DNA of 64,000 nucleotides. Origin: a virus (Duplodnaviria > Caudoviricetes). Numbering within the stretch: the first letter of the stretch is position 1; each line of letters begins with the position of its first letter. The stretch is taken from positions 1-64,000 of the IMG/VR virus record IMGVR_UViG_3300035208_001463; one strand, written 5' to 3'. The notes beneath the pieces were generated by a model. It saw nothing but the letters and a program-made list of their open reading frames with translations. It searched no databases and was not told the DNA's origin. Positions 22,497 to 32,774 of this stretch are shown piece after piece. The translations under genes were made by a program, and so were the position numbers.

Positions 22497-25106
22497 TTAT
22501 TTGCCTTCTTTAACTCTTTGTTCTCCAAGTTTGACATATTCGGGATTAAGTTCTATCCCTATATAAGTTCTATTGTGTAATTTACAAGCAACTCCTGTTG
22601 CTGAAGAACCAGAGAAAGGATCAATTACGGTTGCTGGAATCGGATCGAGATTGCAGGTACAGGTTGGTTTCCAATCAATTGTTCGTGTATTTTGTGCAAC
22701 ATGTCCTCCGGTTCGTTCTAGCCCTTGCGAATTTCCGGGAACAAGTTTATTCTTTTGATCATCATTTCCAATCGTAGGGCGGGTTATATAAGATTCTTTC
22801 TTTGTAACTCTAACCCAAGGAGCACCACATTTTGGGCATACCCTGTCGGATGTTCCTGCTAAAATTAGGGGTTCTACAAGTCTTACGGGGAATGAATTTC
22901 CGGTTATAAATGGTCTTCCTCCTCTTCTGGCAACAAATGTTCCATTTTCTACAGAAGGACACCATACAATTCCATCATATGAATAATTATCATGTATTAA
23001 AGAAGATGTGCTATTTTTAAAACATCTATCTTTTTTATTATGAGTTATAAATGCTGACCACATTCCCCCTCCACGCTGTGATAAAATACAAGATCTGTTT
23101 GTTCGAAGAAACATAGCTTGAATAATATCAAGCGGTTGTTTTGATTTTTGAGAGATTGTTATTCTACCATCTGGTCTTATATGTCCATCTCCGCCAACAA
23201 ATCCGGAAATAAACGATTCGATATATTCATCTGGAAGCATTATAAAATGTTCCGGTATCATATATTTATTTGGTATCATATGCCGAATTTTTTTTCTATA
23301 TTCTCCACTTATTTTCCATTCTTGTTCTTCCGATGTTGTGTTTTTATAGATTCGTTTTCTTTGCCATGTATTAAAATCAATTTTAAGAAATTCTAACAAG
23401 TATTGAATTCTTTTACATTTTTGCGGATTTTTTGAAACCGATTGTGATATACCTATTCCACCGTTATCTGTAAAATGTCCTTCTGATAATATCCATCCCA
23501 ATAATTCATAATATTCTTTTGGATCATTTGGAATGATTGGATTAAAATCGAGATGTGAAGATACTATAAATTTCATTCCATCTTTAAGGTTTGAAGCTTC
23601 TACTATTTTTGCAGGGTGTCGTCCATTTTTTATTTTTTTATCGCGTGTTGTTACTACACATCTATGATTTGGGGTCATGAGCATATTGCTAGATCTTCCA
23701 AAAACACTTATGAGATTTCCAGAATATCTATATGAAAAGATACTTTTTATTGGTTGTATTTCTAAACATGCTTTTTTCATATTATAGGTAAAAATTGGAG
23801 TTCCTTCTTTAATTTGATCATAACGTTTCCACCCCCCTATTGTAAGACATTCGGTTTCTGAATCTACACAAGCAAAATGTGCACCCTTATAACCTTTCGG
23901 ATTCACCACCAATGCCATTGGTTCCCCATCTTCATTATGAAGAAGTCCTTGCCATGTTTTGAAGAAGAAATCAGAATCGCGCATGTATCGAAGGCCAAGA
24001 CCATTTGGTTCGTAGCGCGCATTAAAACCGGTATATGTTTCGTTGCCGGTGCCGTCTTGTTTAGGAACCGGCGCTACTAATTCATCTGCAATTGTTTCAA
24101 ATTTTGCATATTGTGGGTCGTTACGATCATATTTTGTATTTTCATTAACTTTTTGTCGAACGACCCCGCGTGGGCGTTTATCTTTGTTATAAGATTCCGA
24201 TGATTTCTGCATTGTGGCTATGTGGTCGTAGTAGTATTTTGGAGATTTGGAAAATAAAAATACGTGTTCAATTGAAGAGCCGGGTCTGTCTGTTACCGAG
24301 GAGGGCATACTGTTTCTTTTAATCCAGACGAGATCACTACGGAGATACCAACCACCTTTTGATGCTTTTAACCATTCTTCATCTAGATCTTCTATTGTTC
24401 TTTTTGTATGTTTTGGAACTTCGTCCCATGTATTGTAATCTTGAAGTAAGGACGATTTAATTTTTTCTACAGTATACATTGTTTGTGGTGATGCTGCACC
24501 ATCCGCGCGCATAGAAAAGGCCAACATCCACGGAATTCCTATAATGTCTTTGGGTTTGATATTCCCGGCAGGTTTGTACCGTTTTTGCGGCCATGATGAT
24601 TCAGTATATGTTGCTTTCCCAGTATCTTTTTGACCAGCCCCAGTCCCCGCATACGAATCCCCAATATTCATCCAGAAAATACCATCATTTCTTAAAATTC
24701 TTTTTAGTTCGTGGAATATAGTTGTGAGATGGCGCACAAACATCTCTGGTGTTGGTTCTTGCCCAAGTTCACCTTTCCACGCCCCACATTTAGAACAGAA
24801 ATTTGAAGTGTCGGAACGGAATTGTTTTGTTTTTCCTATACTGTTTGTATTTCCAGTTGCAATGGTTTTTTCCGATCCAGCAGATACAAGAGTTGATAAT
24901 TCTCTCCCGTTTGTGCTTCCCTTTCTAATTATTGGTTTGGATATCCATTCGTGCTGACAATTTGGATCTCCATCCCAAACAATCGGTTCTGTCCCATAAC
25001 TCCGTAGTCCATAGTAAGGACTACTTGTTACAGCCATATGAACAGACTCGCTATCCATCCTCTTCAATACAGTTAAAGCATCGCCTTGAATAATCAATTT
25101 AAACAC
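22497..25106 (-). CDS. beta-class (likely N4-C) DNA methyltransferase containing an intein
   Basis: GDAL, VTSSPYYGLR, IGIPWMLAF, HFA|intein|SFP..L, DPFSGS, GIELNPEY. Confidence 0.9.
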   Translation of the reverse strand: MFKLIIQGDALTVLKRMDSESVHMAVTSSPYYGLRSYGTEPIVWDGDPNCQHEWISKPIIRKGSTNGRELSTLVSAGSEKTIATGNTNSIGKTKQFRSDTSNFCSKCGAWKGELGQEPTPEMFVRHLTTIFHELKRILRNDGIFWMNIGDSYAGTGAGQKDTGKATYTESSWPQKRYKPAGNIKPKDIIGIPWMLAFSMRADGAASPQTMYTVEKIKSSLLQDYNTWDEVPKHTKRTIEDLDEEWLKASKGGWYLRSDLVWIKRNSMPSSVTDRPGSSIEHVFLFSKSPKYYYDHIATMQKSSESYNKDKRPRGVVRQKVNENTKYDRNDPQYAKFETIADELVAPVPKQDGTGNETYTGFNARYEPNGLGLRYMRDSDFFFKTWQGLLHNEDGEPMALVVNPKGYKGAHFACVDSETECLTIGGWKRYDQIKEGTPIFTYNMKKACLEIQPIKSIFSYRYSGNLISVFGRSSNMLMTPNHRCVVTTRDKKIKNGRHPAKIVEASNLKDGMKFIVSSHLDFNPIIPNDPKEYYELLGWILSEGHFTDNGGIGISQSVSKNPQKCKRIQYLLEFLKIDFNTWQRKRIYKNTTSEEQEWKISGEYRKKIRHMIPNKYMIPEHFIMLPDEYIESFISGFVGGDGHIRPDGRITISQKSKQPLDIIQAMFLRTNRSCILSQRGGGMWSAFITHNKKDRCFKNSTSSLIHDNYSYDGIVWCPSVENGTFVARRGGRPFITGNSFPVRLVEPLILAGTSDRVCPKCGAPWVRVTKKESYITRPTIGNDDQKNKLVPGNSQGLERTGGHVAQNTRTIDWKPTCTCNLDPIPATVIDPFSGSSATGVACKLHNRTYIGIELNPEYVKLGEQRVKEGK
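22896..23870 (-). mobile_element. intein with LAGLIDADG homing endonuclease (325 aa) in the MTase
   Basis: Starts CVDSETECLT, block B TPNHR, LLGWILSEG and FISGFVGGDG, ends FITGN followed by Ser. Confidence 0.92.
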
Positions 25107-25498
25107 CTATTACATTCTCTTAAATTTTTAATACAAACATCTATTAATAAATTATATACGTCGTTAAAATCCTTTCCGTGCCCATCATAAATCAAGTGCG
25201 CACATTCATGTGAAGCGAGGTCTATTAATTCTTCATATTCCAAATCACGGATTTTTGTTTCATTGTAATATATTATTCTAGGGATTCTTCTACATATTCC
25301 TACACATGCGTTTTTTCTATTACTAAAACCTATATTTATTTTATCGGCGGAATACGAAACGGAAGGATCTAATTTGTCTTTATAAGTATCAAGAACAAAT
25401 TTTGAGATTTTATTTGTAATATCTATAAGATATTCTTTTTTGTCTGGGTGATTGAATGGGAAAATGTTTTCTAATGTAAACGAATTATTAATAATCAT
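25094..25498 (-). CDS. SprT-like zinc metalloprotease domain protein
   Basis: HECAHLIYDGHGKDF; shares YKDKLDP.(I/V)SYS and CVG.CRRIPRII with 13911..14300. Confidence 0.75.
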   Translation of the reverse strand: MIINNSFTLENIFPFNHPDKKEYLIDITNKISKFVLDTYKDKLDPSVSYSADKINIGFSNRKNACVGICRRIPRIIYYNETKIRDLEYEELIDLASHECAHLIYDGHGKDFNDVYNLLIDVCIKNLRECNRCLN

Positions 25499-25713
25499 CG
25501 CCTCCAATAACGCGTATTAAAATAGGTGGTATTCGTATTTATAGTTATTCTTTATTTGTAAACTTCTTCAAATACTCGCTCATCACCCAATGCCCACAAA
25601 CGAGATAATCATCTGTTTCTGTATCATCCAAATCACAAGTCTTGTGTGTATGACACGAACTTTCTTTTGTTTTCATATGTTCGCACGTCGCACAACATGT
25701 AAATGCTATAAAT

Positions 25714-26049
25714 TTAATCATTTTTAACATCCCCATCAACCATATGCAAAATCGACAACCATTCCGGTACATCAATATTAACGCTACCAGCATATCCTTT
25801 TTCAATCGCTTCTTCTATTTCCTTCCTAAATAAATTGCGCCTGCTCTGTGGCATATGATTCCAATTTGCTTTGATAATATCAGCGATTGCTCCGACTACA
25901 TATGTTTGCCTGCCTAATGCATAACGGAACGCGCAGAAAAGAAGGATGTCTTGATTGCAATCTTCAAAGTTGATGTAGATTTCTCCAGTTCTACGACCGG
26001 GTAGAGGGGGTGTTAGTTTTTGTGGTTGCGATTTTGGTGTTCGTTTCAT
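25714..26049 (-). CDS. hypothetical protein
   Basis: AFRYALGRQTY motif; overlapping operon structure. Confidence 0.6.
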   Translation of the reverse strand: MKRTPKSQPQKLTPPLPGRRTGEIYINFEDCNQDILLFCAFRYALGRQTYVVGAIADIIKANWNHMPQSRRNLFRKEIEEAIEKGYAGSVNIDVPEWLSILHMVDGDVKND

Positions 26050-26251
26050 GTTATATGTTCCCCCTCGCTACTTGTGTAACTATATGGATTTTGAACTGGT
26101 GATTCGCGGTTTTCAATAAATGTCTCTTCCAAGCATTTTGGACATTTATACCCAACTATGATGAGATTGCTTCCCCCAGTCCATTCAGTTATAGGATTTA
26201 CAATTGGGCAATCACAATCTTTCTTATGATTAAATTTATTTATATTTCGTT

Positions 26252-26677
26252 TCATTTCTTTTTCCTCATTTTATCAACAAATTTTGATAGATCTTTACCA
26301 ACCGGTGTAGTCTCAAAATATTCTTCGCAGGTTAATATTGTTCCATTTTTAAGTTGCACCATCCCCGTTACGGGATCTTCCATTCTCCCATCGTCTCCCC
26401 ATGTTATAATGCCATCTGGGTTATAAAAATCATTGTGGATGGTACGGATTTCTCCATTGAATATAACTTCATTCCATCTTGGTATTCTATTCATGTATAG
26501 GGGATTCATGGGATTGTTTACGCGTTCTCCCTTTATTGTTCTCCATGTGCAATATGTAATACATTCTACATATTCATTGTCATATTTATTACATACACAA
26601 CCACATGGATATGGGTCATAAAAGTCGCATCTATCAGAACGATCTTCCTTTATTCCAGCACATTCGGGGCGGGTCAT
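26252..26677 (-). CDS. Cys-rich hypothetical protein
   Basis: ATGA-coupled to neighbours. Confidence 0.55.
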   Translation of the reverse strand: MTRPECAGIKEDRSDRCDFYDPYPCGCVCNKYDNEYVECITYCTWRTIKGERVNNPMNPLYMNRIPRWNEVIFNGEIRTIHNDFYNPDGIITWGDDGRMEDPVTGMVQLKNGTILTCEEYFETTPVGKDLSKFVDKMRKKK

Positions 26678-27105
26678 TTATCTTCCTCATCTGGTATTGA
26701 ACATCCTTTTAATGGTGCAAAAGGCGCGCCGAACCAATATCCTTCAGCTCCACATTTTCCGCAAACACAATGATCAACAAGTTTTTCATCGATTTCCATT
26801 GTTACAAGATTATCTTTACTCCAATTGTGATTATATGGCCCTGCGTTAATTTTTGGATCTGTGTTGATTTCTTTTTTACCCCCGGATATAAGACCGTTAA
26901 AAAATTCGATTTTATAATCTGTGTTTAATATAGTATCAACACAATTATTACATACAGAAATCCACCCCGTTTGAAATTGATTGGAAGTCTCTCGTTTGAG
27001 ATAATATCTTCCAACTGCTTCCGTTCCCGGGTTTCCCGTAGATCCGTTTCCATAGGGATTACAAATCATACAAAATTTTTTGCCGTGTCTGCTCATGTTT
27101 ATCAC
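26674..27105 (-). CDS. Cys-rich hypothetical protein
   Basis: CMIC, CNNC, CGKC; preceded by a TATA+ACGCGT promoter. Confidence 0.55.
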   Translation of the reverse strand: MINMSRHGKKFCMICNPYGNGSTGNPGTEAVGRYYLKRETSNQFQTGWISVCNNCVDTILNTDYKIEFFNGLISGGKKEINTDPKINAGPYNHNWSKDNLVTMEIDEKLVDHCVCGKCGAEGYWFGAPFAPLKGCSIPDEEDK

Positions 27106-27134
27106 TTATACGCGTTGTTAGTATATATAATTTA

Positions 27135-28483
27135 TCATGAACATTTACTCTTTCCACAATTCGTACAAATCCTACATCCGCCTTCCATAACATAATGGGG
27201 ATTATCACAACACTTCTCTTCATTCTTTCCAATCACGATTTCCTTGGGTTGGAGTGTTTTTATGGAGTCATCAATACATTTTCCTGTAATGTCAGCACAT
27301 GATTTTCCACACGATTTTTTATTATTCATGGCAGTCATACACTTTACTTTCGAGAATTGCTTTACATAATTTTCTGCCGGTGTCCCCCATTCAAGACCCG
27401 CAGAAATCGAACGTCCCATTGCTGCCATGTTTGCCTGACATCCACCAACACCATCACCCTCAACAAAGATCATTGTTGGTTCCTCTTTGTCGTGTCCTAT
27501 GATAACATAGAATTTCCCACATCCGCTATGAACTTTATAAATTATAGCAGGTGTTTTTGATTCGTAGAAAGTATTTTCAGTATCGATCCAATCTACTATC
27601 TTATCTTCTACCACGGGTTTCTTTAGGGATAGGACTTCATTTTCACGGCTTCCATTTCTATAAATTGTGAGTCCTTTGCACCCACTCTTCCATGCGTCGA
27701 AAATAATTTGTTTTATTTCTTCTTTGGTAGCAGAGTTTGGAAGGTTGATTGTCTTACTAATTGACATATCAACATTCTTTTGGAATGCTGCTTGCATTTG
27801 GACGTGCATTGAGGATGGGATGTCCATTGCGTTACTAAAGAGAGTTCTAAAAGATTCGGGTAAGAAATCAATATCACGAATAGTTCCTTTCTCGTGACAA
27901 TGCTTAACAATATCGTGCACTTCGTTTAAATCTCTATTATTGTCTTTTACAAACTTTTCTAGTGCTTTTTCAAATAACGGATGCACAATATAATGTTCTC
28001 CCATAGTATCCCTCCGCGTGTATACCCAATTGAACACGGGTTCAATACCCGACGACGCGCCTGCTATAATACTGATTGTTCCGGTTGGCGCTATTGAAGT
28101 TAATGAAGCGTTCATACGGTTTTGTTTGATGTTGGGGTTCTTACCTAACGATTCGGATACCGTGTGCGCGCGTTCATTAATGAATTTCATTACTTCTTCT
28201 GCAAGGTTGATTGCTTTTTGGCTGTTATAAGGAATACCCATTTTAATCAGTGCATCGTGGAATCCCATGATTCCAAGACCGATCTTGCGTGTACGTTTGG
28301 ATGCGAAATCAATTTCCGGGATTGGGTATTTGTTTTTATCGATTACATTGTTTAGGAACACCACTGCTGAATCGATTGTGGATTTGAGTTTGTCGTAGTC
28401 TATTGTGTTGTTTTTGATGTGGTTGGATAGGTTTATGCTGCCGAGATTGCAGCTCCCAAATGATTCCAATAACGCCTCTCCGC
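27135..28483 (-). CDS. nrdJ: class II ribonucleotide reductase, exon 2 (with TSCPD-like domain and Zn ribbon)
   Basis: After splicing reads (C)GEALLESFGSCNLGSINL; RKIGLGIMG, IAPTGTISII, SSGIEP, SISKTIN, KGLTIYR, GKSCAD, EGGCRICTNCG. Confidence 0.92.
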
Positions 28484-28756
28484 CTTGTAGTGAGGCTTTT
28501 TGTTACAGCAACGATGTTTTGTTGCAGGTGCGATCATTTCTGTCGCACTCTCATACTTTCATATGAGATCGGACTATATCATCAATGTCGCGTCTATAGT
28601 CTCTGAACCTTCATCTCATTGAGATGCTTGGCTGCTGATTGCCCAATCATTTCTATTCTTAAAACATTCACGTTTACCATTTCTGATTGCGTTGTAGTTA
28701 GAAATGCTTAAGGGTGTTCCAGCAATTTACGCGATTTTAAATCCGCACGGAATTTA
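28484..28756 (-). ncRNA. group I self-splicing intron (273 nt, no ORF) in nrdJ
   Basis: P AAUUGCUGGAA, Q AAUCAGCAGC, R GUUCAGAGACUAUA, S AUGAUAUAGUCC; P1 AAUCCGU/GCGGAUU with U.G at the 5' splice site; terminal G; removal restores NPCGE in frame. Confidence 0.93.
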
Positions 28757-29450
28757 ACGGATTGGGATCGAGTTCTCCATATTCTGGAGCAGGATTGTGT
28801 TTTTCGATGGTGTCTTTGAATAAAATACCCGGCTCCCCGTTTTTATAAATACCATCAACGATTAAACTCATAATCTCGTTGTTTGGAGATTTCATAAATT
28901 CATCAGTGAGTTTTACAGATATGTTGAAATTTGAAAGTTTTCCTTCGTGTTGTTTACATGTGATAAAGGTTTTGATTTCTGGGTGGGTGATATCAAGGCA
29001 TCCCATCATTGCGCCTCTTCGTGCACCTCCTTGTTTTACAACCTCTGTCATTGTATTAAAAACTTCCATGAAAGAAACCACACCGGAGGAAACACCATTG
29101 CGTTTTCCAACCCTGCTTCCAGCAGGACGGAGTTTTGAGAAATTGAATCCAACGCCTCCCCCCTTCGCAAAGATCTTTGCTGCGTTTTTGTTAGCATCAA
29201 AAATACTTTCAATGGTGTCTTCAACTGGTAATCTGAAGCAAGCCGACAGCATTGGGTTGTCTGTACCGGCGTTCATCAGCGTGGGGGAGTTGGGCAAAAA
29301 ATCTTTATCAAGCATTAATGTCATGAAACTAACAACTTGATTGGGGTCGTTTCCTATATAGTTTGCAACACGTTTACAAACATCTTCATAACAATGCTCT
29401 CCTTCCACACAATATCGTTCTTTAATGAGTTTATCTTCGTAAGTTCCCAT
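28757..29450 (-). CDS. nrdJ: class II ribonucleotide reductase, exon 1
   Basis: FLPNSPTLMNAG, LSACF, GGGVG..FS.LRP, QGGARRGAMM, NFNISV, GEPG; ends NP plus the first base of the Cys codon. Confidence 0.92.
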
Positions 29451-29606
29451 TTGTGGACTCCTATAATTGAATGGTCTGATAACTATACAAAATTGCGTTT
29501 TGGTATGACGCGTGTTATGTGTTTGTTGTTGTTTGTATTTAATCCTTCCGACACAAGAATTAAATACAATCGCGTCCTATATGAACAATCATAGAGGTTT
29601 AGAAAT

Positions 29607-30116
29607 ATGGAAAATGCAATTGAAACCAACGAATCTGTAACGATCAAGATAACAATTGAAGTTATACCGGGAAGGAAGAAGGAAGAAGTTGCTGCTGTTA
29701 AAATGCCAGTAGTAGAAGTTCCCCCCAAAGAACCAATCGTGGAAGTTTCTACACCAATTGTCGAAGAACCCGAAATGGTGTTTGAACCAATGACCCCGCC
29801 TGCACCAGAAAAGAAAAAGCGCGCATACACAAAGAAGACAAAAGAAGTTACACCTGTGGAAATTTCTAATGAGAATCCCGCTTCTGTTGGAATACCCGAC
29901 ACAAAACCCATTGTTCCTGTTACTCCCGTTACTTCAACTACTAACAAAGTAACCGCGCGCCTTGCGCAGATGATTAGATTCTATTGTAAGGCATCTAATA
30001 TCCCGACTACCGAAGTTACAAAGAAATATTTGATTGACCACGGTGCGGCTGATATTATTGAAGGTGCTACAGATGAAGATATCGAAGAGGCGTTTAAAGA
30101 GGTTGTAAAGAAATGA
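29607..30116 (+). CDS. Pro/Glu/Thr-rich low-complexity protein
   Basis: Divergent from nrdJ; GAGGT RBS. Confidence 0.6.
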   Translation: MENAIETNESVTIKITIEVIPGRKKEEVAAVKMPVVEVPPKEPIVEVSTPIVEEPEMVFEPMTPPAPEKKKRAYTKKTKEVTPVEISNENPASVGIPDTKPIVPVTPVTSTTNKVTARLAQMIRFYCKASNIPTTEVTKKYLIDHGAADIIEGATDEDIEEAFKEVVKK

Positions 30117-30520
30117 TTCCGTTTGATGTTGATCCTATGTTATATTTTCCATTTATAATTGCAATAATTGGAGCATGTATATTATTTATCATGTCCATTT
30201 TGTTGAAATTTAATCTTTGTTGTTATTTGTCTATAATTTTGTTTGTTGTTGGTATCATTGCTTCTTCGTTCTTCGTATTTGGATCTACATATACAGATAC
30301 AATAACGGTGTGTAAACATATTTCTTCTTATTATGATATGACTGTTATTGATACTAATGAAAACGTATATTATGTTCGAGACGTTGTTACGAAACTTAAA
30401 GTTAAAGACAATCTTACTACAAAGGTAAAAATAAAAGAATATTGGGGTTTTAAATGGATTTATTCCATCGACGCTCCAATCACATGCGGAAACCAAACAT
30501 GCGGGGTGGTTACATCATGA
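30113..30520 (+). CDS. membrane protein
   Basis: Two TM helices plus a soluble domain. Confidence 0.55.
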   Translation: MIPFDVDPMLYFPFIIAIIGACILFIMSILLKFNLCCYLSIILFVVGIIASSFFVFGSTYTDTITVCKHISSYYDMTVIDTNENVYYVRDVVTKLKVKDNLTTKVKIKEYWGFKWIYSIDAPITCGNQTCGVVTS

Positions 30521-30915
30521 CCCCGCAAGAAACAATCGCGCGCAACCTCATACGTTTCTTCATTTTGATCGTATTTGAAGCGGGAGTATTCTCTGGTATT
30601 GCGGCAACGCTTCTATTAGGAGATGTTAGAGCACTAGTTGTTACCCTCGCTTTAATAACATTGGTCTTTTGTGGCTGGATCATCTGGAAACAGAAAACAC
30701 AATTTATAGGTAAAGAAGCAGTTGAGAGTGCCGCACAAAGCATTGCGAAGATATTTATTATCATCGTGTTTGTTGCTGGTATCATATTAGGAATCGCGGC
30801 TGCACTTCTTACTGGAATAAGCGCGGGCCTGCTTGTTGTGATTTTGTTTGGTGCGCTGTTGGTAATGGGGGTTTGGTTGTTTAAGGGACTTCTGTTAGGG
30901 AAATGGTGGAAGTGA
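30517..30915 (+). CDS. four-TM membrane protein with internal duplication
   Basis: FILIVFEAGVFSGIAATLL vs FIIIVFVAGIILGIAAALL. Confidence 0.6.
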   Translation: MTPQETIARNLIRFFILIVFEAGVFSGIAATLLLGDVRALVVTLALITLVFCGWIIWKQKTQFIGKEAVESAAQSIAKIFIIIVFVAGIILGIAAALLTGISAGLLVVILFGALLVMGVWLFKGLLLGKWWK

Positions 30916-31384
30916 ATGACCAAAAGTGAGTTGTTGTATTATACAATAAAATCACAACATTACAGAATGAAGGGATTATATTATAAAATCCTATCTATGC
31001 TATCTTTAAGTAAAGATAATAAAACAAAATTTTTAATTGCAAAATTTTGTAACGATGCAATGTATTTTTCAGAAAAAATGTGTATAAAAGCGGGGTGCTA
31101 TGATTGACCACACCAACCTACACAAAAGAAGAATGGGATTCTCGCAGGCTCACATATAGTGGAGCATTATGCGCGCTCCTTGATATTATGTTAATGGGTC
31201 TTTATTTAATTGGGGGTATTGCATTTGTGCGTGCGTCTTCAATAGAAACTAATTATCTCATGTGGGGATATTTAGCAGTAGGTATTTTCCTGATGTTTAA
31301 TGCTATTGGAAAATTTATGTGTCTCGTGCATCCCCGAGATTGGTATGAGACGGAGATTACTATTAAGAAGGGTGAAGGATCAGA

Positions 31385-32161
31385 ATGATTTTAAAAACTG
31401 TAACAATAACTGGAGCGGATGATAAAGTAAATCCAGAAGAATTATATGAATTATCAAAAGAATTCCCATTTGTAGAATGGGGTATTTTATGGTACCCAAA
31501 GAAAATGGATCAGCCAAGATATCCATCGAAACAATGGATCAAAACATTATTTGATGGAAATCTTAAGAATGTAAATATTTCTCTTCATATTTGTGGTGCT
31601 GATGCAGAAAACTTTGCTTTCGGATCTAAAGATTTTCTTTTTGATGAACAAGAAATATGGCGGTATATTTTCAAATCCAATCGCATTCAATTAAATTTTC
31701 AAAAATCATCATTTGATCTCGATGATGTATTAGAGTTACTTACACGAAGAAAAAATTATGATTTTCGATATGCCATAAATCGTTATCATGCACTCGACCC
31801 CGGAAGATATGTCGTTATTCAGGCAAACGAAGGGAATAAAATTTTGAATGCCTGCTTGGAGAGAGAACCGGCAATAGAATTCCTGTTTGATGAATCCCGT
31901 GGAAAAGGAAAATCGATAAGGGAATATCCATCTCCAATATTACATAAATTTAATGGATATGCAGGAGGGATAACCCCGGATAACGTTTTGTCTGTATTAC
32001 ATGATTTAAGAAAGGTTGTTCCCGATAAGGAGGAAATATGGATTGATATGGAATCTGGAATTAGAACTAATAATGAATTTGATTTCGAGAAGGTCAAATC
32101 TGTTTTAAATGATGTTAAATCTCATATACCGTCAAAGTTTTTAAAACCCGGTGACGTATAA
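31385..32161 (+). CDS. TrpF-like TIM-barrel protein
   Basis: TITGAD, EWGIL, PRYP, LHICG, FDESRGKG, GYAGGITPDNV, WIDMESGIRT. Confidence 0.7.
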   Translation: MILKTVTITGADDKVNPEELYELSKEFPFVEWGILWYPKKMDQPRYPSKQWIKTLFDGNLKNVNISLHICGADAENFAFGSKDFLFDEQEIWRYIFKSNRIQLNFQKSSFDLDDVLELLTRRKNYDFRYAINRYHALDPGRYVVIQANEGNKILNACLEREPAIEFLFDESRGKGKSIREYPSPILHKFNGYAGGITPDNVLSVLHDLRKVVPDKEEIWIDMESGIRTNNEFDFEKVKSVLNDVKSHIPSKFLKPGDV

Positions 32162-32659
32162 ATGTCTCTAAAAATAATCTCGGGTGGACAGTCCGGCGCG
32201 GATCAAGGCGGATTGTTTGGCGCGCGCGATGCTGGATTTCCGACAGGTGGATACGCTCCATCCAATTTCTATACTGAAAATGGCCCACGACCGGAACTTC
32301 TAAAGAGTTTTGGATTAATAGATTCCGGTTTAGATTATGTTGGAAGGACACGATTGAATGCTAAAAATTCCGACTTTACAATATGGTTTGGAAATGTTTA
32401 TTCTCCGGGTGGAATTGCTACTAAAAGAGAAGTTTTGAAAGCAAAAAAATTATTTTATGATGCTTCATATTCTGCACCGGAAAGAATAGCAGAAGAATTA
32501 TTTGTTCATGGAAAAACTTGTGTTAATATTGCAGGAAATAGAGAATCGCATGCAGTTGGTATGTGTGAGTATGTAAGAAAAATAATTAAAAATTCATTGG
32601 AAATCTATAAACTTTATAATAATGATTTAAAATTATCCGACACCAGACGAAACCCTTAA
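32162..32659 (+). CDS. SLOG-family (cpYpsA / putative molybdenum carrier) protein
   Basis: KIISGGQSGADQGGL, TGG.AP, RT..N...SD.T, NIAGNRES. Confidence 0.82.
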   Translation: MSLKIISGGQSGADQGGLFGARDAGFPTGGYAPSNFYTENGPRPELLKSFGLIDSGLDYVGRTRLNAKNSDFTIWFGNVYSPGGIATKREVLKAKKLFYDASYSAPERIAEELFVHGKTCVNIAGNRESHAVGMCEYVRKIIKNSLEIYKLYNNDLKLSDTRRNP

Positions 32660-32774
32660 ATAGAATACGCGTATAACAAGTTACAATAATCTTTTTACCA
32701 GAGGTATTAGAATTGACAAAACTTAAACATTCATTGTTCGCTTGCTCGAAGACCTATATTTTCGGTGTTATATC

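Noticed and set aside
27135-29450. Two separate RNR genes or a frameshifted pseudogene
   Set aside because: The intervening sequence has group I intron core elements and exact removal restores NPCGE in frame
31385-32161. Bona fide trpF auxiliary metabolic gene
   Set aside because: Only the C-terminal barrel motifs resemble TrpF; N-terminal TrpF motifs and other trp genes are absent
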